Below are positions 10,059-22,405 of a DNA stretch of 62,457 nt, piece by piece (positions within the stretch are counted from its first letter, which is position 1; every line of letters begins with the position of its first letter). Below the pieces are notes generated by a model, which saw only the letters and a list, made by a program, of their open reading frames with translations, was not told the origin of the DNA and did not search any database. This DNA is from Nemertoderma westbladi (taxonomy: Eukaryota > Animalia > Xenacoelomorpha), in assembly GCA_032718475.1 (NCBI GenBank), contig JAUCBJ010007965.1, positions 1 through 62,457 on the forward strand, in the 5' to 3' direction. A program made the translations under genes and the position numbers.

Positions 10059-12255
10059 GTTTGTTTGCACAGTTGAATGCCTACTGCTATATTACAGTCC
10101 AAGCAAGTCTAGTAATTCAGTATTAACTGCTAGCCTAGTAATTAATTACCGATACTGCTACTCAGTGTAGCGTGATATATATAATATTAGAATACCGGTA
10201 TGCTTATGGTATATATAAGTATTATTACAGACTAGGTTTTTCACAGAAACCGGTATATAATTTTAGCACAAATATATAAATATATAATAGGCCTATCGTG
10301 GATACCGGTATGCAGTTTACACTTATAGTATATATAAGTATAATTATTAACTAGAATTAATTACAGAATACCGGTATGATTTCAGCTTATATTTATAAAA
10401 TAAAAATAATAAGCCTATTGTAAATACCGGTATATCAATTATTTTAGAATAATTGAATTTCTGAATTTTAAGGGCTACTTGGTTACTTTAACTTACTTTA
10501 TCGCCGTTATTTAAGCAGTAGTCCAACTGATATTGAGACCTAATTGTTATATGGCAGGCCTACTATTTATAAATCGTTTGAGTTGATTTATAATATATAT
10601 ATACCCGTTTAATGGGTTTTGTCAATGTTTGAAATAAATGTTATTATTTCTGGGGGAGTCACCACACATAAGCTGTGCGCTCTCAGTGGAGTGCTACTTG
10701 TTAGACACTAAAACAAATAATTCTAATTTACCTAAGTTACTTAATACTACGAATTACGTACAATCCGGGTTGAGATTACAATCTCTAACTAAACACAAAA
10801 TTTTAATTACAAATACACAAATACAAATTTTTTAGGGTAATTTTACAAGAAGTCTACTAACCAGCCTAACAAAGGGTTAGAATATCTGGTTATTACAACG
10901 GACAGGTTACTACGGTATTTGAAAATAATAAGTAGTAGTAAATATACTGCGTTGTCCAGATAGGAAAATACCACCGCCTGACGACCTATAACCGTATCGC
11001 TATAGGTACTACGTTATGTATCACGGAGTGTTCCTACCTAGAGATTAATTACCGCGGTCTACCAGAACCAACGTGCCTATTAACCACTTTACAACACAAA
11101 TACACTGCCTACACACTAATTGCTTTCGGAAAGCACTGTACACTAAACCCTAAATTAGGTACAAGTACTTGTACAACAAATAATCAGTAGTTAAAAATAC
11201 TTGAACAGCTAAAAGAACCACGGTATCTGCCGGAGTGACCAAAGCATAAAATCTCCATTCTTTACCTACGCCGAGCAGCCCTGATGTAGTACCGGGGTTA
11301 GTTTAACTATAACGGTATGTATAACAAACACAATTACTGTAGGAACAAACTTGGGGAATGAATGTTGCGAATAATCGCATAAATTCTGAATAATAAATAT
11401 TACGCTACGCGTACAAACTACTCAAACAAAATGCAGACCAAATACTGACAGACTACTATCAAGCCTAAACAAACTACGGTATATGCAGACTCCGAAATGA
11501 TTAGTTAGTATGCGTTCTAACCCAGTAGTACGACTTATTCTTTCACAGGGGGTTTACCTCACAGCACTCAAAGCCCCTACTTTCCTAACTTAGCACTTTA
11601 TCGGACAGATGCTCTACACACACCGAAATTTCCTCAAACCCAACAACAGCCAGACAACTATCCAGCCTACAAATTATCTAAATAAAATTATACGCTACCC
11701 GTACAGACTACACAAACAAAGTACAGACCAAACGATGGCAGACTACTATCAAGCCTAAATAAACCACAGGACATGCAGACTCCGAAATGGTTAAGTAGTA
11801 TGCGTTCTAACCCAGTAGTACGACTTATTCTTTAGATGGGGGTTTACCTTACAGCTATGGCTGCCCCTACTTCCTAACCGTTCTTTATCGGACATACACT
11901 CTACATGCACTGCAATCCGTTCAGACCTAATCAACAGTTAGCCAACAGTCAAGCCTACAAATTATCTGTACAATCTGAGCAGGCTTACACACCTTCTGCT
12001 CAATACTGGCTTACAAATAAATAAAACTGACAGAAATAGGCCTAAGTAAAATCCCAATAAAAACCAGGCGTCCCCGATTAATTATTAAGACCTACCGGTA
12101 TATAATAATCAAATCGAATAATACTGCTGTACTTGTACTGTAAGTACCGGTTCGGATGATCAGGCAGTCAGGCCTACTGGTTACAGCAGTACAGGTTACC
12201 GTTCGACTGGTACCGGTACTTTAGACTTGATTGCTTACGCCGCAATCCAGAAGCA

Positions 12256-12266
12256 ATATCTGTTAT
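12256..12266 (-). promoter_or_regulatory. Primer-binding site of copy A (ATAACAGATAT), complementary to its own LTR rather than to a tRNA
   Basis: Abuts LTR end; plus-strand atatctgttat is the exact reverse complement of ataacagatat at 12986-12996. Confidence 0.8.
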
Positions 12267-13435
12267 TGTTTGCGCTTTTAAGACCTTTGACAGTTTAACC
12301 TGCCAAATTAGGATGTCTTTTAGATGATATATATTCTTTAGCTTATGACGAGTATTTGAGACACTACATTAGCCGAAGCCAGTCTATGCGCAATCATTCA
12401 CCCGTTGGATATACCCGGGAGACTGGGTTCGGAAGCTTAATGATTGATGGTGTAAGCCTACTGTATTATTCGACTGATCGTAATATATAATCTCTGACAA
12501 ATATTATTCACTTTCGGGAAATATTAACAGTTCCTTTAGGGCGTGGCGCTCTAAATATGTAAACAGAGTTATGACTTAAACTAGACACAACGAAAAGGCT
12601 ATAGATTCACGTATATGGCGCATTCTTTAGGAGATGCTTTGTTATCAGTTACAATCATACACAATGCTGCACAATACTGCACACTAATCTGCCGACCTTC
12701 ACTAAATTTGGTCACGTATAAAGAGAGCAACATACAATTTATGTAGGGCATATGAAATAGCATTAGATTCACTTCAAACCACTTAACATAGGTCGCAATC
12801 GTTTATTTGTAACCGGTCTCTCTAACCTTTAGTATATCAAGAAGGTGGGGTATCTGACTATTGATCAGTATTCCGATATAATATTTCATCAACCAATATA
12901 ATGAATAACCGACAGTAAAAGCAGCAAAGTTAAGGTATGAATGATTATTAAGTGAGTTAACTGAGTTTTGGTATGATTTGGTTTGATAACAGATATACGT
13001 TCTATAATTAAGCCTACTAATGTAAAGCTAAAGAATGCTGATATACGGAAGTGCCAAAAGCCGGTGTTCTTAGGCTCTGGGCAAAAACATAACACTGAAC
13101 TACTGAGTTTCTGTATCCAATTCCAACAACACAGAGACAAAAAACGCTCTGATTGGTCAACCGAACAACGAGAGAACAAAGAAACAAAGAAATGTCGACG
13201 TGGCAATATCAGCTGTTAGCCGTCGTCATGGTAGCAACACTGTTTTCAAGAGTATCTAGCTTATCGCGTCACGAGATTGCGGATTATGTCCTCTAAAGTA
13301 CAAATACAGAAGAAATGACTTTTATGTCCTCTAAAACACCAGTACAGCAAGGACACGGCCTTTTTATGCCTGGCAAACCAACTACAGAGTACTTTAAGGG
13401 GATAATAACCGGCTAATTACGCAAAAGCTTTTACA
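12267..13435 (-). repeat. 5' LTR of family 2 copy A (1169 bp, TGT...ACA)
   Basis: Boundaries set by alignment with 43144-44343, 58831-60149 and 16078-16557; element strand starts TGTAAAAGC and ends GCGCAAACA. Confidence 0.88.
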
Positions 13436-14011
13436 CTAGGCCTACATTATAACTATTTAAGTCTGGTATATCTGCAGTAAATTTTATTAGTTTTCTTAAA
13501 TTTGACCGTTTTATGTAACTACATTTTTAAATATAATTAAGTATTTTATTCTTTACTAAAGTTTGCTCTAGATGTGTCCGAAAATGTTATTTTATTTATG
13601 TACTAATTATTTATCATACTTACTTAAGCCATAGCATAGTCTCCCAGCTCTAATAGTGTGCATATCACTGTTTCAACCTGTAAGTTTACTTGTCTATTTT
13701 ACTTATCGCTGCTGTGACTGTGAAGTCTCTAACTATAGTAGGTCATGTCTCCGGATTCCGAATAATATAATATAATAATAATAATACTGTATAATACGTG
13801 TTTCCAGTTGTTTCCGCTTCTAAGCATATTATACTGTATGTACCAATCCCATGGGCTCGGTGTTGAATCTAATTTAACGTACAGACTTAGGCCTAAGTAT
13901 TTTGCATGAGATTTATCCAGTAAGCAACCGAGGGTGGACTCTCTATAGCCGAGGGGCACTTGTATAATAACTAATAATCACAAACCCCATCCTCTTATAA
14001 TATATAACTCT

Positions 14012-14080
14012 GTAGTAGTCAGTAGTTAGTAGTAGTAATAGTAGTAGTAGTAGTAGTAGTATAAGTAGTAAGTAATAGTA
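14012..14080. repeat. Imperfect (TAG)n microsatellite
   Basis: Direct reading. Confidence 0.85.
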
Positions 14081-16077
14081 AAGGAGATCGGTTTAAACCA
14101 AAGTGATAAAGTAACATTATTATACTAGAACGCCATCAAGATGGCTTTAAACGAACCTGTCTTACACAGACTCCAAGAAACAGATGGGATTGGAAGATGC
14201 CTAACCAAGAATGACTTGCATCGACCAAAAACTGCCTCCCATTTAATGTAATACACACTACTCGCCTAGGCAAACAAATCATAATCACAATTACTACGAT
14301 GATGTGTGAAATGGTATCCATATCCGCAACCTGAGAAACGGCCCAAAAGAGCAGTTTATTCTGCGGAGGGGTCTTTTCTGTATTAGATAAATAAAATAAA
14401 GAACACTATAATTACAGTATTTATACCTGATACATTCTCAGTTAGCCTAATAAAAACATCGGAGCAACCAATATAATGTACATGTACAAGCATCCTATGA
14501 AAGTTTGTGAAATGTTCCCTTAAGTCTACCCAACAGCCGTTGGTACCCGGCTGGCAGCCACCCTGGTTCAGTTTTATGGTTTTGTTAGTTTAATCGACAG
14601 CTGTTGTAAACGTCCCAGATATACAAAACCTACTAAGCCTTTGCATTACAATTGAGCTTAGCCTAAGTTGATGACAGTATTATAACGATGACAATTAGGC
14701 CCTATAGATACATACGATATATAAATGATGTACTGCTTGACATTACACTAACTGGCTGAATAGAGATAGAACTATAATAATACGTTTGGCATTCTGTCAG
14801 ATTTCAGTAGTAAGTAACCTCATAATAATTGCTAAATATCAATCACCTGAAAAACATTTCAAGCAAGGGAGTTGTGGGTATTTAATTTCGCGTTCAATAA
14901 TGTTGAAAATATGCAAATATTTCGAATATCGCACTTCGAATCGTTCCCAACTTTTTTATTCAACAACTAGACAACAATTGATAAATACTTGCGTTTACAA
15001 TTTTACAATGCATGCAAGTGGTTTCAAGCCATTTGGTGAACATACATAGTGACATATATAGTGATATAGGTAAATATATCCATCGTGTTTTTGCCGGCCT
15101 CAGCTTTAGACAAAAACTACCCAGTCTAAAGACAGGTTCGTTATAACATAATCATATAGACAAAGTAGAATAATAAGATACAGATTCATAATTATTTTAT
15201 CAAACTCATGTACTACTTACTTCAATGTGCCAATTGTAATAATAATTAAACATATTATTCCGATTAATCTGCGTTTGGCCCTATAAGATATTATACTGAC
15301 ATATTTTATATTATTATATCCATCCGAGTAAACAAGAAGTGAAGTAAATGTTTATTATTATAGTTTTAGAAATTGAATGATATACCCAAGATAGTGAAAT
15401 AGATAATATACCAGAAATTGCCATTTGATCAGATATATCAAAGCGGCGTCTTTAGTATAATACCGTAATAGTATCAATTAACTCTGTTATACAATGTAAA
15501 TATACTAAATCTATTTATAAATATATTATGAGCCCTACATTGTATATTTATCCTACAGGTAGACAATGTAGTATGTTAAAACTTGATATAATTTGGTATA
15601 ATGTATAACATATTACAAATAAGACTGAGGCAGCTAAACTATATTGCAAAGAAATCAAATATCCTAAAGTAATATACTAGACCCACCCTCCACCCTATAA
15701 ATAGTGTTCACCACCTACCCCACCCACCGCCCTTATTACTTCATAATAATGAAAGATAGTACTGGCGCTCCGGTCACTCCGTTCCCTCCGCTGGGGGGGT
15801 TAAGTTGTAGGTTCTGACACTATGCAAAATCCGAGCACAGAGTTAGAAGCGCATTGGATAGGCGAACATTTCTTGCAGTGAAAGTATTTCCATACTTATT
15901 ATAGTTTTCGAGATAGTCAGACATGAGTAGCAAAAATTTGAATTTTTTTGGTAAAGTCTGATTACACCGGTACCTGTCATCCGAAATATGGATTGTGATA
16001 TATCGTTAGATGCGGGTCCACTAACTGTACATTCACATATTTTCAAGGAAAAAATTCGATCAAGGGTTTTCGAAATA

Positions 16078-16557
16078 TATGCTATTTCATAACCCCAACG
16101 TATGTGAGTCGCTATCCTCCTTATATATGATAAAAATCAGTGACAGTCGGCAAATCAGTGTGTGTTAGTAGTGTGAATATTAGTACAGAAATTGAGTGTG
16201 AAGTTTAATAAAGCATTCCTAAATAATGCGCCATTTGCGATACCCTATTGCCACTAGTTGTGATTAGTATAAGTCATAACTCTGTTTTTATACTTAAAGC
16301 GCCACGTCCTAAAGGAACTGTTAATATTTCCCCGAAAGTAAATATAGTTGTCGGAGATTATATAGTAGCGATCAATCGAATAATACAAAGTAGCCTACTC
16401 CTCTCTCTACAATAGAATCCAGTCTCCCACACCCATGGGTCATACGCCGCGCTAGACTGGCTTCAGCTGATGTCAATTAGTCCGGACGATTGTCAATTCC
16501 TAAGACACTTAAATTAGCGGCGCGGGTTAAACTGCTAAAGGTCTAAAAGCGCGAACA
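16078..16557 (+). mobile_element. 3' part of a family 2 LTR (solo or 3' LTR remnant)
   Basis: Shares aaagcattcctaa..aatgcgc, gtcataactctgttt and gcgccacgtcctaaaggaactgttaatatttccc; ends gtctaaaagcgcgaaCA; not followed by the PBS. Confidence 0.85.
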
Positions 16558-16679
16558 GCCAGCTAATTGTAGAGTGCATGGTGGAGGCACAAATATTTTT
16601 GTTAAGCCATCATAGCATCTCAATAGAGTATGCTTTTTCTATTCCTCGCAAATGCGGATTAAAAAGTCGGACAAAAAAT

Positions 16680-16832
16680 TTTACTTTATTTTTGTAAAAG
16701 AAGTAGTATTAATTATACTTTATTGGAGTAGTATTAATTTTACTTTATTTTTGTAAAAGAAGTAGTATTAATTATACTTTATTGGAGTAGTATTAATTTT
16801 ACTTTATTTTTGTAAAAGAAGTAGTATTAATT
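16680..16832. repeat. ~59-bp AT-rich tandem repeat, ~2.5 copies
   Basis: actttatttttgtaaaagaagtagtattaatt recurs three times. Confidence 0.85.
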
Positions 16833-17319
16833 CAATAATTATAGACCTCTGCATCATCATTAGCATTAAATTCCAGGTTGTATCTAATATATATTGTTAC
16901 ATTATGTCAACTTCGCGGCGTTTATAGTGGTATGCTGTCGCGTAACGGTTGGTTACAATCTTCGCCCGCATCCAACGTTCGCCCGATTGGGGGAAAGGAG
17001 CAGGTTACTTCCTACTTCCCAGGTCTGCTTATCCATCCCATTTAGTCTCCATCCCAAAAACTTGTATTTGAGGTATTCAATGTGTGTTTCTGATTGTCAA
17101 ATAAATAATAATATTATAATGATACATAATATATTTATACACATATTGATATATCATAATAATCATACATTTAAGAGAGGTAACATCCATCTGCTTAGGA
17201 TGACGCAAATACAAAATTATTTCAATTTTAGATAAGGTTCCGTTATCAAGGAAGTGGTTCCGGGGTGTCACAGCATATTTTGCCCCCTAAATATTATGCC
17301 CCCCCCCCCCCCGGATAAA

Positions 17320-18255
17320 TACTACTACTCTACTACTAGGATCGGCATGCTGCATTGCAGCTGCATTTTTAGGAATGCTGTGCCGGCTTGTCAACAAAAT
17401 TGCACCGCCACAACTCCCTATCACCCATGACATTTGCTAGATCATCCGCATCTTTAAGGCCTGTGTCCTTTAAGATGCGTCTCAAGAAAGTCATGGGCTG
17501 TCCACCATGCTTATTCACTCCATGAGGCTGCCAAAGTACAAGATTATGCACTGGCTGGTCCTCACGGCGAAGGCAATGTCCTGCAAAGCGGAGGCGATTT
17601 TGTTCTAGTGTCAAGCTTGGGGGAACCAATGAGACACCTCCAATGTTATATAGTGTCTGGTTGGAGATGTGTGCATTGTACTTGACACAATGAACCCGGC
17701 GTAGCATTCTTGTGAAAGTGCCATCCAGAGATTTGGTGTCCTCAGCAGTTAGAGCCCAGCATGGACTCCCATAGAGGAGTACTGGAACTACTGCTGCTCT
17801 AAATAATCGGACCTTAAGTTTCCGATTAATTCTCGGTGACTTCCAAATCCTGGAAAGCCTATTCAAGGCTGCCCATGCCTTTCCCTTACGTATTCGAAGG
17901 TCCTCACCTGACTTCCGGATCCATGATCCCAGGTAACAGAAGTCGTCCACATGCTCAAGCATACCATCCTTTGAGCTTATGCTCATCCGATCAGAGACTT
18001 GCTGAGGACTTTCAAAGTTAACTGTCATAATTTTGGTCTTTCTGGAGTTAATAAAAAGACCAACACTAGAAGCAGCATGTTCTAATGAGCTGAGGAGCCG
18101 TTGGGCTCCCTCTAATGATTCTGAGAGTACTCCTAAGTCATCAGCAAAGTCTAGATCAGTTAGGTACTTGGCAGGATTTCCTCGACTTCTGGAGCCAGTA
18201 GGTGGAGTTATCATCACCCCATCATCATTATGATGATCTAAGGACATGCGTAGAA
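17320..18255 (-). mobile_element. 5'-truncated RTE-like LINE, copy 1 (RT C-terminal part, ORF 17369-18247)
   Basis: LDFADDL, FCYLGS, RLRFAGHCLRR and DRELWR motifs; short 3' UTR with (TAG)n tail; near-identical to 32028-32959; aatac on both flanks as possible TSD. Confidence 0.9.
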
Positions 18256-18796
18256 ATACGCTAGCGTATTATGACCCCAAGGACGAAATACGCTAGCATG
18301 TATTGTCCTACGGGGTTAGTATCTGCTAGCAGATACTGTCCGGTGTTCGCAGTTTCGGCCTCCCATTTTTCCCTTTATTTTTACTCGTTTTAATGTCAGT
18401 CGTCTGCATTGGACTAGGTCGCTTCCGGTAACTAACTAACAGCCTTCTGCTACATAACATAAATTAACAACATACTTTACGTAAGTTTACTTATGTCAGT
18501 CTGTAAAAGTATGGAATATTGACAGTCTTCACGTCTTGAGTGTTATTGTTTTGTTAGAAAAGCCTGCATCTGTAAACTGTTCCTTTCCCTCAATTTGTAA
18601 CAAATATCTTTTAGTGTTTTGGTTAGAAAAGTCCGCCTTTACTTTTTTATACCCTGATAGATACCAGTATATCAGCCTAACATATAATTCCCCTCGACAC
18701 TGATAGTATATCCGTATATAGTAGTTTAACGTACTGAATCAGCCAGCATTATATGCCGATGATAGGTTGTCCTTACATACAGTAGTTATTATATTC

Positions 18797-19499
18797 TCAT
18801 AGCTAATTCATGGAACGCAAGCGAACACAGTAGAACACACCCGTAGGCCGTACACACTCCAAAAACTGCCGAACACAATCGAACACAGTCGAAAATAGAA
18901 TGAGCACAAAAAAATAACACCGGGTACCAACTTTTAGATACAATTAGCCACGCATTGCTTTTCTATAAGAAAATTCCCGAAATTATTGATTAAAATTGTC
19001 GCGAAATTAAATATTCATTTCTTATCAGATCAGGCCTAGCCTAAACCTAAGCCTAAGCCGACAACTAATAATTTAACATACTGTAGTAGTAGGCCGAAGT
19101 TAAGTGTGGTTAGCACCGGGACAGAGATCGCTACCGGTACCTGCCAGGGTTAGGGTAGGTACCTAACCGGGATCCAGCTCGGATACCACCGTGGTTAGCA
19201 CCGGGACAGAGATCGCTACCGGTACCTGCCAGGGTTAGGGTAGGTACCTAACCGGGACCCAGCTCTTTATATTCCAGTGCAGCAGTAGGCAGGTAGGTAC
19301 CGGTACCTAGGAGGTACCGACGTGTTGTACCGTACCTCATGTGCAGTACGTACAGTAACAGGCTTAACTTCCTAATTCATATCCCCAGCAATCAGTTATT
19401 TTTTGTGCTCTTTCTATTTTCGACTGTGTTCGATTGTGTTTGGTAGTTTTTGGAGTGTGTTTGTCTGTGTTCGCTGGTGTTCTGTAAAAAGAACTATCC
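18797..19499. mobile_element. MITE/foldback element with ~120-bp imperfect terminal inverted repeats and an internal 84-bp duplication
   Basis: cacactccaaaaactgccgaacacaatcgaacacagtcgaaaatagaa..gagcacaaaaaaataac is mirrored at 19395-19460; direct repeat at 19106-19265. Exact ends uncertain. Confidence 0.75.
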
Positions 19500-20353
19500 A
19501 CGGACTTTAACTAATTTTACTAGAGTACACTTTGAATTTCCCTCCACCAAAAACCAATATAACCAAAAGCCTAAGGAATCATCCTGTAAGAAGTGTAGAC
19601 CTACTCTTGTCAAATAATTTCGGTTCTTAGTTAAATTCCGTTAACGGTACCATTTGCTAATCAAAACCCGTAAAACCCGCTTTGAAATATTACAATAATT
19701 TTGTTTTTGCTTCATCCTTATCCCGTTTATATCATTTGAATGATAATACATTTTCCGTATGTATTACCTAATATCAATCAATAATAAATATAACAACTTC
19801 TTAGACCTACAGTAAAAAACCAAATTGATCTTCCCAAATTATAAATATCAACTGATAATTATTTTTTTTTATTACTCCAACATTTAAACTAATTTCAATC
19901 CAATACCAAATATAGGAAAACAATAACAGAATTACATTCAACTAGCCCTACTGCAATTCTAAGGTTTGGTTATTATATAGCATATAATTTTTACTATAAC
20001 ATATATTTATTTGGAAGCATGTGAAAAAGCTCAACAACAGGTAAATTCGATTCCATAAAAAGGGGAAATATGACAAGTTACAAATAAAATGGTAGCTGTT
20101 TGAACTCGGTGGAGGAATTTCAATGAGTCAGTCAGTCTGCTCCCCAGTCAATAACAAATTATCCATCCAATGTCCTCATCAATAGCATGGGCAATGAACA
20201 AACATGCCAAGTATTTTTCGATGTTTGGTTTTCACACTTTTGTGTCATCGTTTTTTGCCTGTTGTTGGGTTGTATTTGCTTGTGGTTATTCTAAATAATT
20301 ATAAAATAATGTACGGAATTTAAGGTTAAATTGGTTATATAATTAATTATTGT

Positions 20354-21691
20354 TTAATTATCATCATCTTCTTCTTCGTCACCAAAGTCTCCATCTTCAT
20401 CGACTGTCGCATCCTGGTACTGCTGGTACTCACTGATCAGATCTTGCATGTTACTGGCAGCCTCGGTAAACTCCATCTCGTCCATACCTTCCCCGGTGTA
20501 CCAATGAAGGAAAGCCTTTCGGCGGAACATTGCTGTGAAATGCTCATTGACCCGTTTAAACAGCTCCTGGATGGAGGTAGTGTTGCCAATAAATGTTGAT
20601 GACATTCTAAGTCCTCGAGGAGCGATGTCGCAGACTGCTGTCTTTATATTGTTAGGGATCCACTCTACAAAGTAGCTACTGTTCTTATTTTGAATGTTGA
20701 GGATTTGATCATCAACCTCTTTCATTGACATTCTTCCACGGAATATCGCAGCTACTGTGAGATAACGTCCATGCCGCGGGTCGCAGGCTGCCATCATGTT
20801 CTTTGCGTCGAACATCTGTTGTGTTAATTCGGCGACACTGAGTGATCGGAAGTTTTGGGCGCTGCGACTCGTAAGAGGGGCCACACCCGGCATGAAGAAA
20901 TGCAACCGAGGGAATGGAACCATATTAACTGCGAGTTTACGGAGGTCCGCATTCAACTGTCCCGGGAAGCGAAGACATGTGGTGACCCCAGACATGGTTG
21001 TGGAGACGAGATGGTTTAGGTCACCGTAGGTTGGGGTCGTTAGTTTAAGAGTGCGGAAGCAGATGTCATAGAGTGCCTCATTATCTATGCAGTAGGTTTC
21101 ATCCGTGTTTTCTACTAGTTGATGGACCGATAGAGTTGCATTGTAAGGCTCGACCACGGTGTCTGATACCTTCGGGGATGGGACCACAGAGAAGGTGCAC
21201 ATTATCCTGTCGGGGAATTCCTCCCGTATCTTGCTGATTATTAGTGTGCCCATTCCGGATCCGGTTCCACCTCCTAGAGAATGGGTCAGTTGGAATCCCT
21301 GAAGACAATCGCAACCTTCTGATTCCTTCCGTATCACTTCTATAACTGTGTCAACCAACTCTGCTCCTTCTGTGTAATGGCCTTTTGCCCAGTTGTTTCC
21401 GGCGCCGCTCTGTCCGAAGACGAAGTTATCCGGACGGAATATGCTCCCAACTGGTCCTCCTTTTATGGCATCCATAGTTCCCGGCTCAAGGTCGACTAAC
21501 ACGGCCCTGGGAACGTACTTGCCACCCGAGGCCTCGGTGTAGTAAACATTGATTCGTTCCAACTGCAAGTCCGAGTCGCCATGGTAATTCCCTGCTGAAT
21601 CGATTCCATGCTCGTCGGAAATTACCTCCCAGAACTTCGCACCAATCTGGTTGCCACATTGACCCGCCTGGACGTGAACTATCTCTCGCAT
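20354..21691 (-). CDS. TUBB: Beta-tubulin, 445 aa, intronless CDS, divergent isotype
   Basis: MREI start, GGGTGSG GTP-binding motif, full-length colinearity with beta-tubulins, acidic tail; AATAAA at 20006-20011 (minus); likely 5'-UTR acceptor ttttatttccAG at ~21719. Confidence 0.98.
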   Translation of the reverse strand: MREIVHVQAGQCGNQIGAKFWEVISDEHGIDSAGNYHGDSDLQLERINVYYTEASGGKYVPRAVLVDLEPGTMDAIKGGPVGSIFRPDNFVFGQSGAGNNWAKGHYTEGAELVDTVIEVIRKESEGCDCLQGFQLTHSLGGGTGSGMGTLIISKIREEFPDRIMCTFSVVPSPKVSDTVVEPYNATLSVHQLVENTDETYCIDNEALYDICFRTLKLTTPTYGDLNHLVSTTMSGVTTCLRFPGQLNADLRKLAVNMVPFPRLHFFMPGVAPLTSRSAQNFRSLSVAELTQQMFDAKNMMAACDPRHGRYLTVAAIFRGRMSMKEVDDQILNIQNKNSSYFVEWIPNNIKTAVCDIAPRGLRMSSTFIGNTTSIQELFKRVNEHFTAMFRRKAFLHWYTGEGMDEMEFTEAASNMQDLISEYQQYQDATVDEDGDFGDEEEDDDN

Positions 21692-21790
21692 TGTGGATAT
21701 TTGTTGATGTTATTTTATCTGGAAATAAAACTATTCCTCTTCTAATTGATTATTCAATTATTTTAAGTAAAACAGTTTAGAATTATATAT

Positions 21791-22272
21791 AGTATAATAT
21801 AAACAAATGAGAAACCAGCCTCCTCTATCTAAAATGAAACCTACAACCTACCTACAGTACAAATAAACACTATAATAACTGAGTATAATATAAACAAATG
21901 AGAAACCAGCCTCCTCTATCTAAAATGAAACCTACAACCTACCTACAGTACAAATAAACACTATAATAACTGAGTATAATATAAACAAATGAGAAACCAG
22001 CCTCCTCTATCTAAAATGAAACCTACAACCTACCTACAGTACAAATAAACACTATAATAACTGAGTATAATATAAACAAATGAGAAACCAGCCTCCTCTA
22101 TCTAAAATGAAACCTACAACCTACCTACAAATAGACACTATAATAACTGCACGAATAAACTATCCTCTATATATTAGAAAATGCAGGACTTTTTATCCGC
22201 CGAAAGTGTTTAATTGTAGGTAGCTTTCATTTTTGATAGGAGGCTGCTTTCTCATTTCTTTATTATATTTAT
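21791..22272. repeat. 91-bp tandem repeat (~4 copies) followed by an inverted partial copy; MITE with an amplified arm
   Basis: Units start at 21791, 21882, 21973 and 22064; 22215-22272 is a diverged reverse complement of the unit. Confidence 0.8.
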
Positions 22273-22405
22273 ATTATATTTCACCAGTCAGGTTGTACTG
22301 TACCCATCTTATTCCGAATATATATAATATATGTATTCTATAACCATTGCTACAACCTAAATATATTTAATTTTTTCGAAACTAGAAGCAATATTTTACT
22401 TCAAA

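Larger units (their letters stand above)
8952..13435 (-). mobile_element. BEL/Pao family 2 copy A: 5' LTR, ~2.2-kb leader and N-terminal gag, 3'-truncated
   Basis: Colinear homology with copies B and C over leader and gag; LTR homologous to the 3' LTR of B. Confidence 0.92.

Noticed and set aside
11303-11315. TAACTATAACGGT matching the start of the I-CeuI site in LSU rRNA
   Set aside because: Only 13 nt, no flanking rRNA similarity, and it is part of the retrotransposon leader in all copies.
13436-13444. AGGCCT insertion preference (next to the LTRs of A and C)
   Set aside because: Offsets differ, B's flank lacks it, and aggcct is frequent throughout the window.
18443-18480. Exon between ctaacAG and GTAAGT
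   Set aside because: 38 nt, not a multiple of 3, with a stop in the phase-1 frame.
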